Assembly: GCA_963674945.2 (NCBI GenBank)
Contig: CAXXWQ010000004.1
Coordinates: 864,001 to 928,000, forward strand
Direction: 5' to 3'
DNA: 64,000 nt
Source of the DNA: an uncultured Desulfosarcina sp.
GTDB lineage: Bacteria; Desulfobacterota; Desulfobacteria; Desulfobacterales; Desulfosarcinaceae
The notes beneath the pieces are model-generated. The model saw only the letters and a program-made list of their open reading frames with translations. It searched no databases and had not been told where the DNA came from. Shown here in pieces: positions 9,286 to 20,884 of this stretch. The first letter of the stretch is position 1. Each line of letters begins with the position of its first letter. Position numbers and translations under genes: made by a program.

Positions 9286-10197
9286 ATGGACAGGGAGAAA
9301 ATCAAGACAAAATCCCTGGAATACGCCGAGAGCATCATCGATACCGTGCGTGAACCATTAATCGTCCTGGATCAAGATTTAAGGGTCGTCTCTGTCAGCC
9401 GTTCATTCTATGAGGTCTTTAAGGTGAAGCCCGAAGAGACCGTGGGCCGGCTTATCTATGACCTGGGCGATAAACAGTGGAATATCCCCAAACTGCGGGA
9501 ACTGCTGGAAACCATCCTTCCCCAAAAGTCCTTCTTTGACAACTTTGAGGTTGAACACGATTTTGCCTCCATCGGCAGACGAATAATGCTTCTGAATGCC
9601 AGGCAGATTGAACGGAGGATGGGAAAGGCGCGGATTATTCTTCTGGCTATGGAGGACATCACGACACGGAAGGAAATGGAGCAGGAGATCAAGCGGCTCG
9701 CCTATCATGACCCCCTGACGGGTCTGCCGAACAGAGTGCTTCTCACCGATCGTTTGAACATGGCCAAGATCTACTCCGATAGAAACCGGAAGAAGGTGGC
9801 TATAATGATGCTTGACATAGACAGGTTCAAAGAGATCAATGATACCCTCGGCCACCATGTCGGAGATCTGCTGCTGCAGATGGTTGCGAAAAAATTAACA
9901 GAAATCCTCCGGAAAGAAGACACCGTTGCCCGATTTGGCGGCGATGAATTCGTGCTTGTGCTTCCTGGACAAAAAGACATCCAGACAGCTCTGAGGATTG
10001 CCCGCAAGATCATCAATGATTTCCGGTACGCAGTTGTTCTTGATGGGCACGCATTAATCGTCACCTGCAGTATCGGTATCTCCATCTATCCCGATCATGG
10101 CGAGAATATCGACATCATCCTGAAGAACGCCGACTGTGCCATGTATCAAGCCAAACAGGCAGGGCGAAACCAGTATCATCTCTATAATGCGGTCTGA
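9286..10197 (+). CDS. PAS-GGDEF diguanylate cyclase
   Basis: PAS domain, HDPLTGLPNR, DIDRFKEINDTLGHHVGD, RKED I-site, RFGGDEF active site. Confidence 0.93.
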   Translation: MDREKIKTKSLEYAESIIDTVREPLIVLDQDLRVVSVSRSFYEVFKVKPEETVGRLIYDLGDKQWNIPKLRELLETILPQKSFFDNFEVEHDFASIGRRIMLLNARQIERRMGKARIILLAMEDITTRKEMEQEIKRLAYHDPLTGLPNRVLLTDRLNMAKIYSDRNRKKVAIMMLDIDRFKEINDTLGHHVGDLLLQMVAKKLTEILRKEDTVARFGGDEFVLVLPGQKDIQTALRIARKIINDFRYAVVLDGHALIVTCSIGISIYPDHGENIDIILKNADCAMYQAKQAGRNQYHLYNAV

Positions 10198-10431
10198 AGA
10201 TGTGGCACCAAGCGCATCTTTCTGTTCGAAGGATTGAGTGTCTTCGGGGCCATGGGTTCGTTTTGGGGACCTCGTGTCGGATAGAACGTTGTGGCCCGAA
10301 TCAATTTTCCAACGATTCCCGCCATCCTCTGCCGACCCGACACCCGATCAAAACTTTCCATTTGATTGAAGAACAGAAAACCAGTTTGTTCCTTAACTTT
10401 CTTATTTTGAATTGAAAAAGCGAGGCTTTGG

Positions 10432-13110
10432 ATGAGCCAATACAATCTGAACCGCATCTTTACACCACGGCAGGTTGCCGTGGTGGGCGCCAGCGAAAAA
10501 GCCGGCACCATCGGCAACGCGTTGATGAGAAATCTCGTTGACGGCGGGTTTGCCGGAACCGTGCTGCCGGTGAATCCCAAATACCAAACCCTTCACGGGC
10601 AGGCGTGCCTCGAATCGGTTTCCGCTCTGGAGGCGGGCGTGGACCTGGCGATTATCGCCACGCCGATGCACAGCGTTGCCGATATCGTCGGCGAATGCGT
10701 CGGGAAAAAGGTTGGCGGTACCGTTATCATTTCGGCCGGAGGCAAGGAGGTCGGTGAAGCGGGCCGGGAGATCGAGGAAAAGATTCGGCGAATCGCCGAT
10801 GGCGGCGGGCTTCGTATCGTGGGACCGAACTGCATGGGCATCATTCGGCCCGCAGTGACCCTCAACGCCAGCTTTGCCTCTGAGATGCCCATCGCCGGAA
10901 ATCTGGCCTTTGTATCCCAAAGCGGCGCCATCTGTACGGCGATTCTCGATCTGGCGTTGAAGGAACGTATCGGCTTCAGCCATTTTGTCAGCATCGGCTC
11001 CATGCTGGATATCGATTTTGGAGACATGATCGATTATCTCGGCAATGATTCATCGGCCAAAAGCATTCTGTTGTATATCGAAAACCTGACGAATTTCCGC
11101 AAATTCATGAGCGCCGCGCGTTCCGTGTCCCGGATCAAACCCATCATCGTTCTCAAATCCGGCAGAAGTCCCGCCGGTGCGAGGGCCGCCGCCTCTCACA
11201 CGGGCGCCATGGCCGGAGAGGATGCCGTCTATGACGCCGCTTTCAAGCGCGCCGGCATCGTACGCGTGGACACCATTGAAGAACTCTTCGACTGTGCGGA
11301 ACTGATGGCCAAGCAACCGCGACCGCGCGGCCCCCGGCTTGCGGTTCTCACCAATGGCGGCGGACCGGGTGTGATGGCGACGGACACGCTCGCCCGGTAT
11401 GGCCAGGAGCCCGCGCCCCTTGACCCCGAAACGTTGCAGGCCTTCGATGCCTTCCTGCCGGACTTCTGGAGCCGGGGCAACCCCATCGACATCCTCGGCG
11501 ACGCCTCCGCGGAAAGGTTCGGCCGCGCCCTTACGATCTGTTTTAACTCGAAAAACCTTGACGGGGTGCTGGTTATCCTTGCGCCCCAGGCCCTTACCGA
11601 TCCGCTTTCCATAGCCGAGACACTGGCCGCCGCGATCCAAGAACGCCGGTTTCCGGTATTTGCTTGCTGGATGGGCGGCAAACGCATCGCCACGGCTGTC
11701 GACGTGTTGAATGCCGCGGGAATCCCGACCTATGACACGCCGGAACGAGCGGTCCGGGCGTTTCTGTATATGGTCGAATATTCCAGGAACCTCGAAATGC
11801 TGTTGGAAGTCCCACCGAAAATAGCCGGGGACATGGAGTTCGATCAGGAAAGAGCCCGCAAGTTGATCACCGGTGCGCCGGGCCAGGGATTTGTGTCGGA
11901 ATCGGATTCCAACGAAATCCTCACGGCCTACGGCCTGCCCATGATCAGGACAAAAATCGCCACGACCGAGGCGCAAGCCGTACGGATCGCCCGGGAAATG
12001 GGATACCCGGTGGTCATGAAACTGCACTCACCGGACATCAGCCATAAAACCGATGCCGGAGGCGTTCGTCTGGACCTTCGTTGCGATGAGGATGTTGACG
12101 AGGCCTACCGTCAGATCGTATCATCGGCCCGGCAATACAAACCCGATGCCCGCATTGACGGCGTGACCCTTCAGCCCTATTTCTCAAACCCGGATTATGA
12201 AATTCTGCTTGGCGCCAAGCGGGATCCCAATTTCGGCCCGGTAATTCTTTTCGGCATGGGCGGAATTTACACGGAAGTATTGAAAGACCGGTCCCTCGGG
12301 CTTCCGCCCATGAACCGGCTGCTGGCCCGGCGGCTGATGCAGGAGACCAAAGCCTATTCCCTGTTGAAAGGGTACCGCAACCGCCCCGCCGCCGACATGC
12401 AGCGGCTGGAAGAGATGATCATCCGGCTTTCGCAACTGTTGATCGATTTTCCCGACATCGCCGAACTGGACATGAATCCCGTTCTGATCAAGGACGGCAA
12501 ACCCGTCGCGGTGGATGCCCGCATCCTTGTTTCACCGCTTGCGTTGCCCTCCTCCCTGCATTTGGTGATTGGTCCCTATCCGGAGGAGGATGAATCCCAT
12601 ATGGTCAGCGTCGACGGGCGCCGCATTTTTGTCCGGCCCGTCAAACCCGAGGACGCCCCCCTTTTTACGGCCTTGTTCAAGACTCTTTCACCCACAACGA
12701 TTTACTATCGTTTCTTCGGTGCGTTGAAAGAGCTGAATCCCGAAATGCTGGCGCGGTTCACCCAGATCGATTACGACCGGGAGATTGCCCTGGTGGCCGT
12801 CGACGAAGAAGCGCAAACCGACAACATACTGGGGGTTGCCCGAATCATCGGTGACGCGGATGGCAAGACAGGTGAATTCGCCGTTCTGGTGGGTGACGCC
12901 TGGCAAGGCAAGGGGATCGGGGGAAAACTGTTGGAAAAATGCCTCTCCATTGCCGAAAAGCAAGGCTTTAAAACGGTTCATGGCATCGTTTTAAAAGAAA
13001 ATAAGAACATGCTCGCGCTTGGAAAAAAGCTGGGGTTTTCCATCGAAAGAGACGCCGGCGACGGAGATAAAGAACTGGTGATCCATTTTATCTCATCAAC
13101 CAAGTATTAA
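10432..13110 (+). CDS. Acetate-CoA ligase (ADP-forming)-like / GNAT fusion (Pat/YfiQ family)
   Basis: CoA-binding domain (VAVVGAS, GPNCMG), SHTG motif, ATP-grasp (HKTDAGGV), C-terminal GNAT (TQIDYDREIAL, WQGKGIG). Confidence 0.92.
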   Translation: MSQYNLNRIFTPRQVAVVGASEKAGTIGNALMRNLVDGGFAGTVLPVNPKYQTLHGQACLESVSALEAGVDLAIIATPMHSVADIVGECVGKKVGGTVIISAGGKEVGEAGREIEEKIRRIADGGGLRIVGPNCMGIIRPAVTLNASFASEMPIAGNLAFVSQSGAICTAILDLALKERIGFSHFVSIGSMLDIDFGDMIDYLGNDSSAKSILLYIENLTNFRKFMSAARSVSRIKPIIVLKSGRSPAGARAAASHTGAMAGEDAVYDAAFKRAGIVRVDTIEELFDCAELMAKQPRPRGPRLAVLTNGGGPGVMATDTLARYGQEPAPLDPETLQAFDAFLPDFWSRGNPIDILGDASAERFGRALTICFNSKNLDGVLVILAPQALTDPLSIAETLAAAIQERRFPVFACWMGGKRIATAVDVLNAAGIPTYDTPERAVRAFLYMVEYSRNLEMLLEVPPKIAGDMEFDQERARKLITGAPGQGFVSESDSNEILTAYGLPMIRTKIATTEAQAVRIAREMGYPVVMKLHSPDISHKTDAGGVRLDLRCDEDVDEAYRQIVSSARQYKPDARIDGVTLQPYFSNPDYEILLGAKRDPNFGPVILFGMGGIYTEVLKDRSLGLPPMNRLLARRLMQETKAYSLLKGYRNRPAADMQRLEEMIIRLSQLLIDFPDIAELDMNPVLIKDGKPVAVDARILVSPLALPSSLHLVIGPYPEEDESHMVSVDGRRIFVRPVKPEDAPLFTALFKTLSPTTIYYRFFGALKELNPEMLARFTQIDYDREIALVAVDEEAQTDNILGVARIIGDADGKTGEFAVLVGDAWQGKGIGGKLLEKCLSIAEKQGFKTVHGIVLKENKNMLALGKKLGFSIERDAGDGDKELVIHFISSTKY

Positions 13111-13158
13111 AATAAGGAGAACGGCCATGATCGACAAAAGGGTGAAGGAGGTATTCGA

Positions 13159-13272
13159 ATGACAGTAGATATCAGTGTTTTGATCGGCGGAGAAGATGGC
13201 CAGGGCATTCAGACCGTCGGTCTGCTGATGGCCCGAACCTGTCCGGGGACGGATTACCGGTATCGCCCGTAA
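13159..13272 (+). pseudogene. N-terminal relic of a 2-oxoacid:acceptor oxidoreductase alpha subunit
   Basis: AGGAGG RBS, then MTVDISVLIGGEDGQGIQTVGLLMART, matching the IGGEAGQG motif; stops after 37 codons. Confidence 0.7.
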
Positions 13273-13432
13273 CCCCTGAACGCGTTGCTGGCAGAGGGAT
13301 ACCCATAGTCTGAACGATACTGCACGCCGGTTGCCTCTCCCCAGCACCGGCGATAAAAAATCAGAATTCTCGGACTTGAAAAAAGATGACAGGGAGAAAT
13401 TCCCATAGTGGGTCATGACAAAAGAGGTCCAT

Positions 13433-14086
13433 ATGAAAATGGGAATCTGCAAGGCGACAACCCTGACGGTGCTTCTGATCTGTGTGTATACGGTGGTGAT
13501 GTCCGGCTGCCGGCCCGAACCGGAAACCGATGGGCCAAATGGGTCATCGGATGGCGTTGTCGTCGTCCCCCATGGGTACATGGCCCGCCTGGAGCAGGTT
13601 TTTGACGGCCAGATGATCGGGTTCGGTCCCTTCGTGGGCTATTATTTTCGGCCGGAATCCCCCGGGGACCCGAGCCGGTTGCGAATCGTCTGTTTCAACG
13701 AAACCCGTTTCTACAGTTCGGACATGCCCGACGGTGCCAAACTCTATGAAGGAACCGCGGTGCGGACGACGCTTCCCCGGGCCGATGTGGTCATCCCGGC
13801 CCAGGACAGGATCAATCCGGTATTCTTTGAACAAGCGCCCGAGACCTGGCGCGGCACAAGGCCGGAACCCCGAAACGAGTTCGTTCATTTTCACTCCTGT
13901 TACAACGGTGCGGGACCGGTACTTACCGGATACTGGATCCGCCATGTGGCGGTCTCTGATTTTACCTATGACATGGGGGGACGGGTGGGGAATGAAAGTC
14001 CGCTGTATCATCGGGTCCACAAAGGTCCGGACCTGGACTTTGCCAGGATCGTCGAATTCGATAGGGGGCCAAAAAAGGACGATTGA
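13433..14086 (+). CDS. Hypothetical lipoprotein
   Basis: GAGG RBS; hydrophobic leader ending VVMSGC; motif EFVHFHSCY. Confidence 0.7.
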   Translation: MKMGICKATTLTVLLICVYTVVMSGCRPEPETDGPNGSSDGVVVVPHGYMARLEQVFDGQMIGFGPFVGYYFRPESPGDPSRLRIVCFNETRFYSSDMPDGAKLYEGTAVRTTLPRADVVIPAQDRINPVFFEQAPETWRGTRPEPRNEFVHFHSCYNGAGPVLTGYWIRHVAVSDFTYDMGGRVGNESPLYHRVHKGPDLDFARIVEFDRGPKKDD

Positions 14087-14154
14087 ACGGTATCTTTTTG
14101 AACCGACTCGAAATCATTGAAGACGACATCGTAAATGGGAAGGAGATAAATTAC

Positions 14155-15264
14155 ATGAAAAACGACAAACGAATTCGGTATGCGGCGATCGCCGCAATTT
14201 TGCTGCTCGGTATTTACTGGTCGGCCTCCTCGGCGACCGGTAGCGCAGCCGGTGAAGATTATCCCAACGCCGGTTTCCTGGCTACCGCCCAGTGGCTGAA
14301 ATCACACCAGGCGGACGCCTCCCTGGTGATCGTGGACGTCCGAATGGACAAAGACGTTGAGGGGAAAATGATCCCCGGCGCCATCCACATGCCCTGGCGG
14401 CAGTTCCAGTACGACGACACCGCCGGCAACATGGGCGGGCTGTTCGTGGGCATCGAGCTGGCGCAGCGACTGCTGGGCGAACACGGCATCGCCCGGAACG
14501 ATACCGTGGTGCTTTATGATTCGGTGAAACGGGACGGCGGCGCCACCAGTTCCTACATCTTCTGGGTCCTCGACCTGCTGGGCCACAAGAATATCAAGGT
14601 CCTGGGGCGCGGTATCGACGGATGGATCGATGCCGGTGGGGAAACGGTATCCACACACCGCAAGGCCGAGGCAGTCCTCTACCAGGCCCCATCAAGCGAG
14701 ATCAACCTGCGCAAATGGGTCAAAGCCGAGTATATAATGCCGAGGCTCGGTGATCCCTATTATCAAATCCTGGATGTTCGGTCCCGGGCGGAATATATCG
14801 GCGAAAAGCCCAATACCGGGCTGGACGGCACGGAGCTCAAGCCGGGGCATGTCCCGACCGCAACCAACATCGACTACACCCTCAACTGGAATACGCCCGA
14901 TATCAAGGCGATCAAGCCATACGCGGCGTTGCGTGAACTTTACGGAGGCCTCGACCCCGGCAGGGCCGTGATCCTCTATTGCCATACGGCCCGTCGGGGA
15001 TCATTTGGATATTTCGTCCTCAGGCTCATGGGCTTCGAGGACGTAATTCTCTATGAGCCGTCCTGGATGGAATGGGGCAACAAACGCTATTACTTCCCTG
15101 TTGAAACCGCGGAAAACGTCCTCACCGACAAAACCCTTGCAAACACGACGTCCTCTTCCGCAGCCCCCAACCGTCGAGGAACGACAACCCCAACTAGCGG
15201 CGTGGCCGCACCATCCGGAAGCGACCGCAATTCTAAAAGCGGGTACGTCTCCTGCGGAGGATAA
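14155..15264 (+). CDS. Exported tandem-domain rhodanese (sulfurtransferase)
   Basis: AGGAG RBS; signal peptide; IVDVR...IPGAIH and ILDVRS...GHVPTA; active-site loop YCHTARR; YEPSWMEW; C-terminal ...YVSCGG. Confidence 0.88.
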   Translation: MKNDKRIRYAAIAAILLLGIYWSASSATGSAAGEDYPNAGFLATAQWLKSHQADASLVIVDVRMDKDVEGKMIPGAIHMPWRQFQYDDTAGNMGGLFVGIELAQRLLGEHGIARNDTVVLYDSVKRDGGATSSYIFWVLDLLGHKNIKVLGRGIDGWIDAGGETVSTHRKAEAVLYQAPSSEINLRKWVKAEYIMPRLGDPYYQILDVRSRAEYIGEKPNTGLDGTELKPGHVPTATNIDYTLNWNTPDIKAIKPYAALRELYGGLDPGRAVILYCHTARRGSFGYFVLRLMGFEDVILYEPSWMEWGNKRYYFPVETAENVLTDKTLANTTSSSAAPNRRGTTTPTSGVAAPSGSDRNSKSGYVSCGG

Positions 15265-15269
15265 GCCCA

Positions 15270-15812
15270 ATGGAAAATACGAATAAAGAACCCATCCCCT
15301 ATTGGAATTGGATCCCGGCCGCCTTTGCCCTGGCGGGCGTCATCGTCTTTATTTTCGCCACCTACGGGCCCCCGGCCTCGTCCAGCGGGTTCGTCAGCAC
15401 CCTCAAGGGCTTTTTTGTGTGGGCAGCTCCGGAATACGTCGCGACCAAGGTCCACTACAAGGCCATTCCCGGCCCCGGCTCGTGGCTCTTCACCTTTGTA
15501 CTGGGCATGGCCATGGGTGGCTTCATCGCCGGACGGACATCCAAAAATATTCCGGTGCGCGATATGCCGCCCATCTGGAAGAAGCGATTCGGCGATAGCC
15601 GGGCAAAGCGCTACGCTGCCACTTTTTTCGGCGGATTCCTGATCCTTTTCGGATCCCGGCTGGCCGGCGGCTGCACCCTGGGATTGTTCATATCCGGATC
15701 GACGCAACTGGCCGTCAGCGGTCTTTATTTCGGCGTCGTCATTTTTGCCGTGGCCATGCTTACCGCCCGGCTGATCTTCGGAAAGATCGCGGAAAAGGAG
15801 GAGATACAATGA
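15270..15812 (+). CDS. YeeE/YedE-family sulfur/thiosulfate transporter (half 1)
   Basis: Membrane protein with FGGFLILFGSRLAGGCTLG. Confidence 0.85.
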   Translation: MENTNKEPIPYWNWIPAAFALAGVIVFIFATYGPPASSSGFVSTLKGFFVWAAPEYVATKVHYKAIPGPGSWLFTFVLGMAMGGFIAGRTSKNIPVRDMPPIWKKRFGDSRAKRYAATFFGGFLILFGSRLAGGCTLGLFISGSTQLAVSGLYFGVVIFAVAMLTARLIFGKIAEKEEIQ

Positions 15813-16411
15813 CAAATATCTGGCTGGGACTTTTTTCGGGCATCGCCTTCGGATTCGTCATCCAGCGCATCGGCGCCACCGACGCCCATCGGATGGCCCG
15901 ATCGCACCTGATGCTCGACGCGGATATCCCCCGGTTCATGGTCCTGACGGTGGCCTTGTCCGCCGTGGGCCTCTTCGGGCTCCAAACGGTCGGCGTGGGG
16001 CGCACCCTGCCCCTGCCCACCAGCATTGTGGCCACGGGGCTGGCCGCCGTGATCTTCGGCATCGGGTGGGGGCTGACCGGGTATTGCCCCGGCACCACCT
16101 GGGCGGCAGCCGGCGAGGGGCGCATGGATGCAGTCTTCGCCCTGCTGGGCGGACTGGCCGGCACGGCTCTTTTCGCCCAGTTGCACGAGACGCTGATCCC
16201 CGTTTTATACGATCCCACCAACGTGGGGCAGATCACCTTGACGGATCTGTTCGGCAATCATGCCGCAGCCGTCGCGGTGTTGGCCATCGGTTTCGGCTAT
16301 TGTACCTGGGGCATCGGAAAACTTTGGGGAGCGGGCGAACGGAGCGTTGCTTTCGAAGGGAAAACCGATTCGGAAACATCACCGGGCAACGCCGGAAAAA
16401 CGGATGAGTAA
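15809..16411 (+). CDS. YeeE/YedE-family sulfur transporter (half 2)
   Basis: GIAFGFVIQR and FGIGWGLTGYCPGT motifs; ATGA overlap with the upstream gene. Confidence 0.85.
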   Translation: MTNIWLGLFSGIAFGFVIQRIGATDAHRMARSHLMLDADIPRFMVLTVALSAVGLFGLQTVGVGRTLPLPTSIVATGLAAVIFGIGWGLTGYCPGTTWAAAGEGRMDAVFALLGGLAGTALFAQLHETLIPVLYDPTNVGQITLTDLFGNHAAAVAVLAIGFGYCTWGIGKLWGAGERSVAFEGKTDSETSPGNAGKTDE

Positions 16412-16422
16412 AGGAAGGCTGA

Positions 16423-18075
16423 ATGGACTGGAAGACATTAACGAGTTTGGGTCGTTTCAAAGATATCGTCATGGTCCTACTCAGATACGGATTTGACGAT
16501 TTGGTCGATCGTCTCAACATTCCAGGAACCAAGTTCATGCGGAAAAAAAGTCCCATCGACCATCCGCTGAACACCTTTGAAAGAATCCGATATGCCTGCG
16601 AAGAACTGGGACCGACCTTTGTCAAGTTCGGGCAGATGGCGAGTCTGCGGCCGGATCTGGTGCCGCCGCCGTTGATCGATGAACTCAGCAAACTACAGGA
16701 TGACGTTGCGCCCGTGGATATATCGCAGATCAGCGAAGTGATTGAACAAAGTTCCGGCAAACCGCTCAAGGAAACGTTCAGCGTTTTTGATGTGGCGCCG
16801 GTGGCGGCGGCTTCCATCTCCCAAGTCCATCGCGGCGTTTTGGCGGCGGATGGGCGTATCGCATCTGTCAAAGTTCAACGCCCGGACATTCGGACCAAGA
16901 TGCGAACCGACCTCGACATCCTGGCGATCCTGGCGGAACAACTACACGAGCGCATCGAAGAACTCAAGAGTTTCAACCTTCCCAATCTCGTTCGCTTGAT
17001 TAAAAAAACCCTGCTCCGTGAGCTCGATTTTAGAAGAGAAGCACGCTACATGAAAATTGCACGCGCCTATGCGGGCGAAGCGGCCGATGTCTATATTCCA
17101 GAGGTTTTTGAAGCGTATTGCTCGGAACACCTACTCGTGATGGAATTCATCCAGGGCACGAAATTGAAAGATTTCAAGCGCGAATCCATCGCCGATCCCG
17201 AATTGCTGGCAAGGCAGGGCATTGTCGCCGTCATCGATCAAATCCTCAAACACGGTTTTTTTCATGCCGATCCGCACCCCGGAAATATTCTGATCACCCA
17301 AGACGGTCACATGTGTTTGATCGATTGGGGAATGACGGGGCGGCTATCGGAACGCGACCGCCACCAGCTCATCGGCTTGTTGCAAGCGGTGTTGGAAAAA
17401 GACGGCGAAGCCATAGTTTACACCCTTTTGCGTATCGGCCGTGCCGAAGCGGCCATCGACCAAAGGGGTCTTGAGCGGGACCTGCTGGATATCCTGGACC
17501 TTCACTACGCGGTTCCCATCCAGGACCTGAATATCGGTCAGTTGCTCATGGCGATTACGGATCTTTTGCGGACCTATCGCCTCCGGTTGCCCGCAGACTT
17601 GGTGATCATGATCAAGGCGCTGGTCGCCGCCGAAGGAACAGCCCGGCTCATCTATCCCGAACTGGATGTGGTATCCGAGGCCAAGGCGCATATTTCCAAG
17701 CTGGCAGCCCAGCGGTACACACCCGAATCGGTGTTGCGCCGCCTCCGCTTCGCCGTGTCCCAGTTGTTCAGTTTGCAAAAGGAGATTCCGAGTCGCTTGG
17801 AGAGCCTGCTGGGTAAGGCCGATCGCAATGAACTGACACTGGGATTCCGGCACGAAAACCTTTCCGGCCTTATCGACACTCTTGAAAGCGTGGCCAGCCG
17901 TGTGACCTTCGGCATCATCATCGCGGCCATGATCATCGGATCCTCGATGATCATCATCACCGGTGTCAGGCCGCTTTTGTTTGGTTTCCCCGTCTTGGGC
18001 GTCATCGGGTATCTGTTTTCCGGACTGATAGGCATCTGGCTGCTGATCAACATCATTCGCAAACGAAAGTATTGA
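16423..18075 (+). CDS. ABC1/AarF/UbiB-family atypical kinase
   Basis: ELGPTFVKFGQ, AAASISQVH, VKVQRP, FFHADPHPGN, IDWGM; C-terminal TM helices. Confidence 0.92.
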   Translation: MDWKTLTSLGRFKDIVMVLLRYGFDDLVDRLNIPGTKFMRKKSPIDHPLNTFERIRYACEELGPTFVKFGQMASLRPDLVPPPLIDELSKLQDDVAPVDISQISEVIEQSSGKPLKETFSVFDVAPVAAASISQVHRGVLAADGRIASVKVQRPDIRTKMRTDLDILAILAEQLHERIEELKSFNLPNLVRLIKKTLLRELDFRREARYMKIARAYAGEAADVYIPEVFEAYCSEHLLVMEFIQGTKLKDFKRESIADPELLARQGIVAVIDQILKHGFFHADPHPGNILITQDGHMCLIDWGMTGRLSERDRHQLIGLLQAVLEKDGEAIVYTLLRIGRAEAAIDQRGLERDLLDILDLHYAVPIQDLNIGQLLMAITDLLRTYRLRLPADLVIMIKALVAAEGTARLIYPELDVVSEAKAHISKLAAQRYTPESVLRRLRFAVSQLFSLQKEIPSRLESLLGKADRNELTLGFRHENLSGLIDTLESVASRVTFGIIIAAMIIGSSMIIITGVRPLLFGFPVLGVIGYLFSGLIGIWLLINIIRKRKY

Positions 18076-18271
18076 TCCGCCATTTGGTTCTAACTTTTCT
18101 TAAAATGCAAGGCTATAAAGGGGCAGTAAAGGTATCTCCAACTTAGCTGCAAATCTTCATGGCCTTTGGAGCGCATAATAGGTTCGCTACAGGAAAGCTT
18201 GTCACAGCGTTGGCTTTGAACGGGGATCCGATTCGGGGGCGTCGTCGGGTTACCTTAGGAAAAGCGGCTGA

Positions 18272-20238
<1,967 letters not shown>

Positions 20239-20246
<8 letters not shown>

Positions 20247-20577
20247 AAACTTGAAAATCAAAAGCGCGAAAGATCGAACGGCGTTCAGTCAGGAGATCGG
20301 CGCCAAGACGGCGCGCAAACTCCGTGCGCAACGTCACGTCACCCGAACCGTCTGGTTTGGCCTGGGCATGATGGGACTGATCGGCTGGTCGGTGGCGGTT
20401 CCGACGCTGCTCGGCGCGGCGCTGGGTATCTGGTTGGACCAACGCTATCCGGGAGGTCACGCCTGGACGCTGGCTTTGCTGGTTGTGGGCCTCGCGATCG
20501 GGTGTTTGAATGCGTGGCACTGGGTGGCCAAGGAAGACAAGGCCATACGGGAGGAACAGGAGGATAATGATGAATGA
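20239..20577 (+). CDS. atpQ: N-ATPase AtpQ (AtpZ/AtpI-like)
   Basis: WFGLGMMGLIGWSVAVPTLLGAALGIWLD; canonical position in N-ATPase operons. Confidence 0.85.
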
Positions 20578-20884
20578 AGCTTTGAGTCTGGCACCGGCCA
20601 TGGTAACGGGCGTTTTGCTCGGTGTGATGTTCTTTGGCGGTCTTTGGTGGACGGTTCGCAAGGGCTTTTCGTCCAAACAGCCGGCGCTTTGGTTCTTCGG
20701 CAGCCTTCTGCTGCGAATAAGCATTGCCCTGGCTGGATTTTACTTTGTTTCCGACGGTCATTGGGAGCGTCTGCTGGTGTGTCTCCTTGGATTTGTCCTG
20801 GCACGCCTTATCGTGACGCGGCTCACCGGCCCGCAGGTCGAACACCACAACCCCCCATCGAAGGAGGCCGGTCATGCGTCTTAG
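20567..20884 (+). CDS. atpR: N-ATPase AtpR
   Basis: GVLLGVMFFGGLWWTVR...SLLLR; lies between atpQ and atpB. Confidence 0.85.
   Translation: MMNEALSLAPAMVTGVLLGVMFFGGLWWTVRKGFSSKQPALWFFGSLLLRISIALAGFYFVSDGHWERLLVCLLGFVLARLIVTRLTGPQVEHHNPPSKEAGHAS

Noticed and set aside
10200..10415. 71-aa + strand ORF between the cyclase and Pat genes
   Set aside because: No RBS, no motif and atypical composition; probably intergenic.
11050..12027. Long minus-strand ORFs (here 325 aa; also 20823-21794, 32506-33468, 19127-19918, 2389-3159)
   Set aside because: They are antisense shadows of well-supported + strand genes in GC-rich DNA and have no recognisable motifs.
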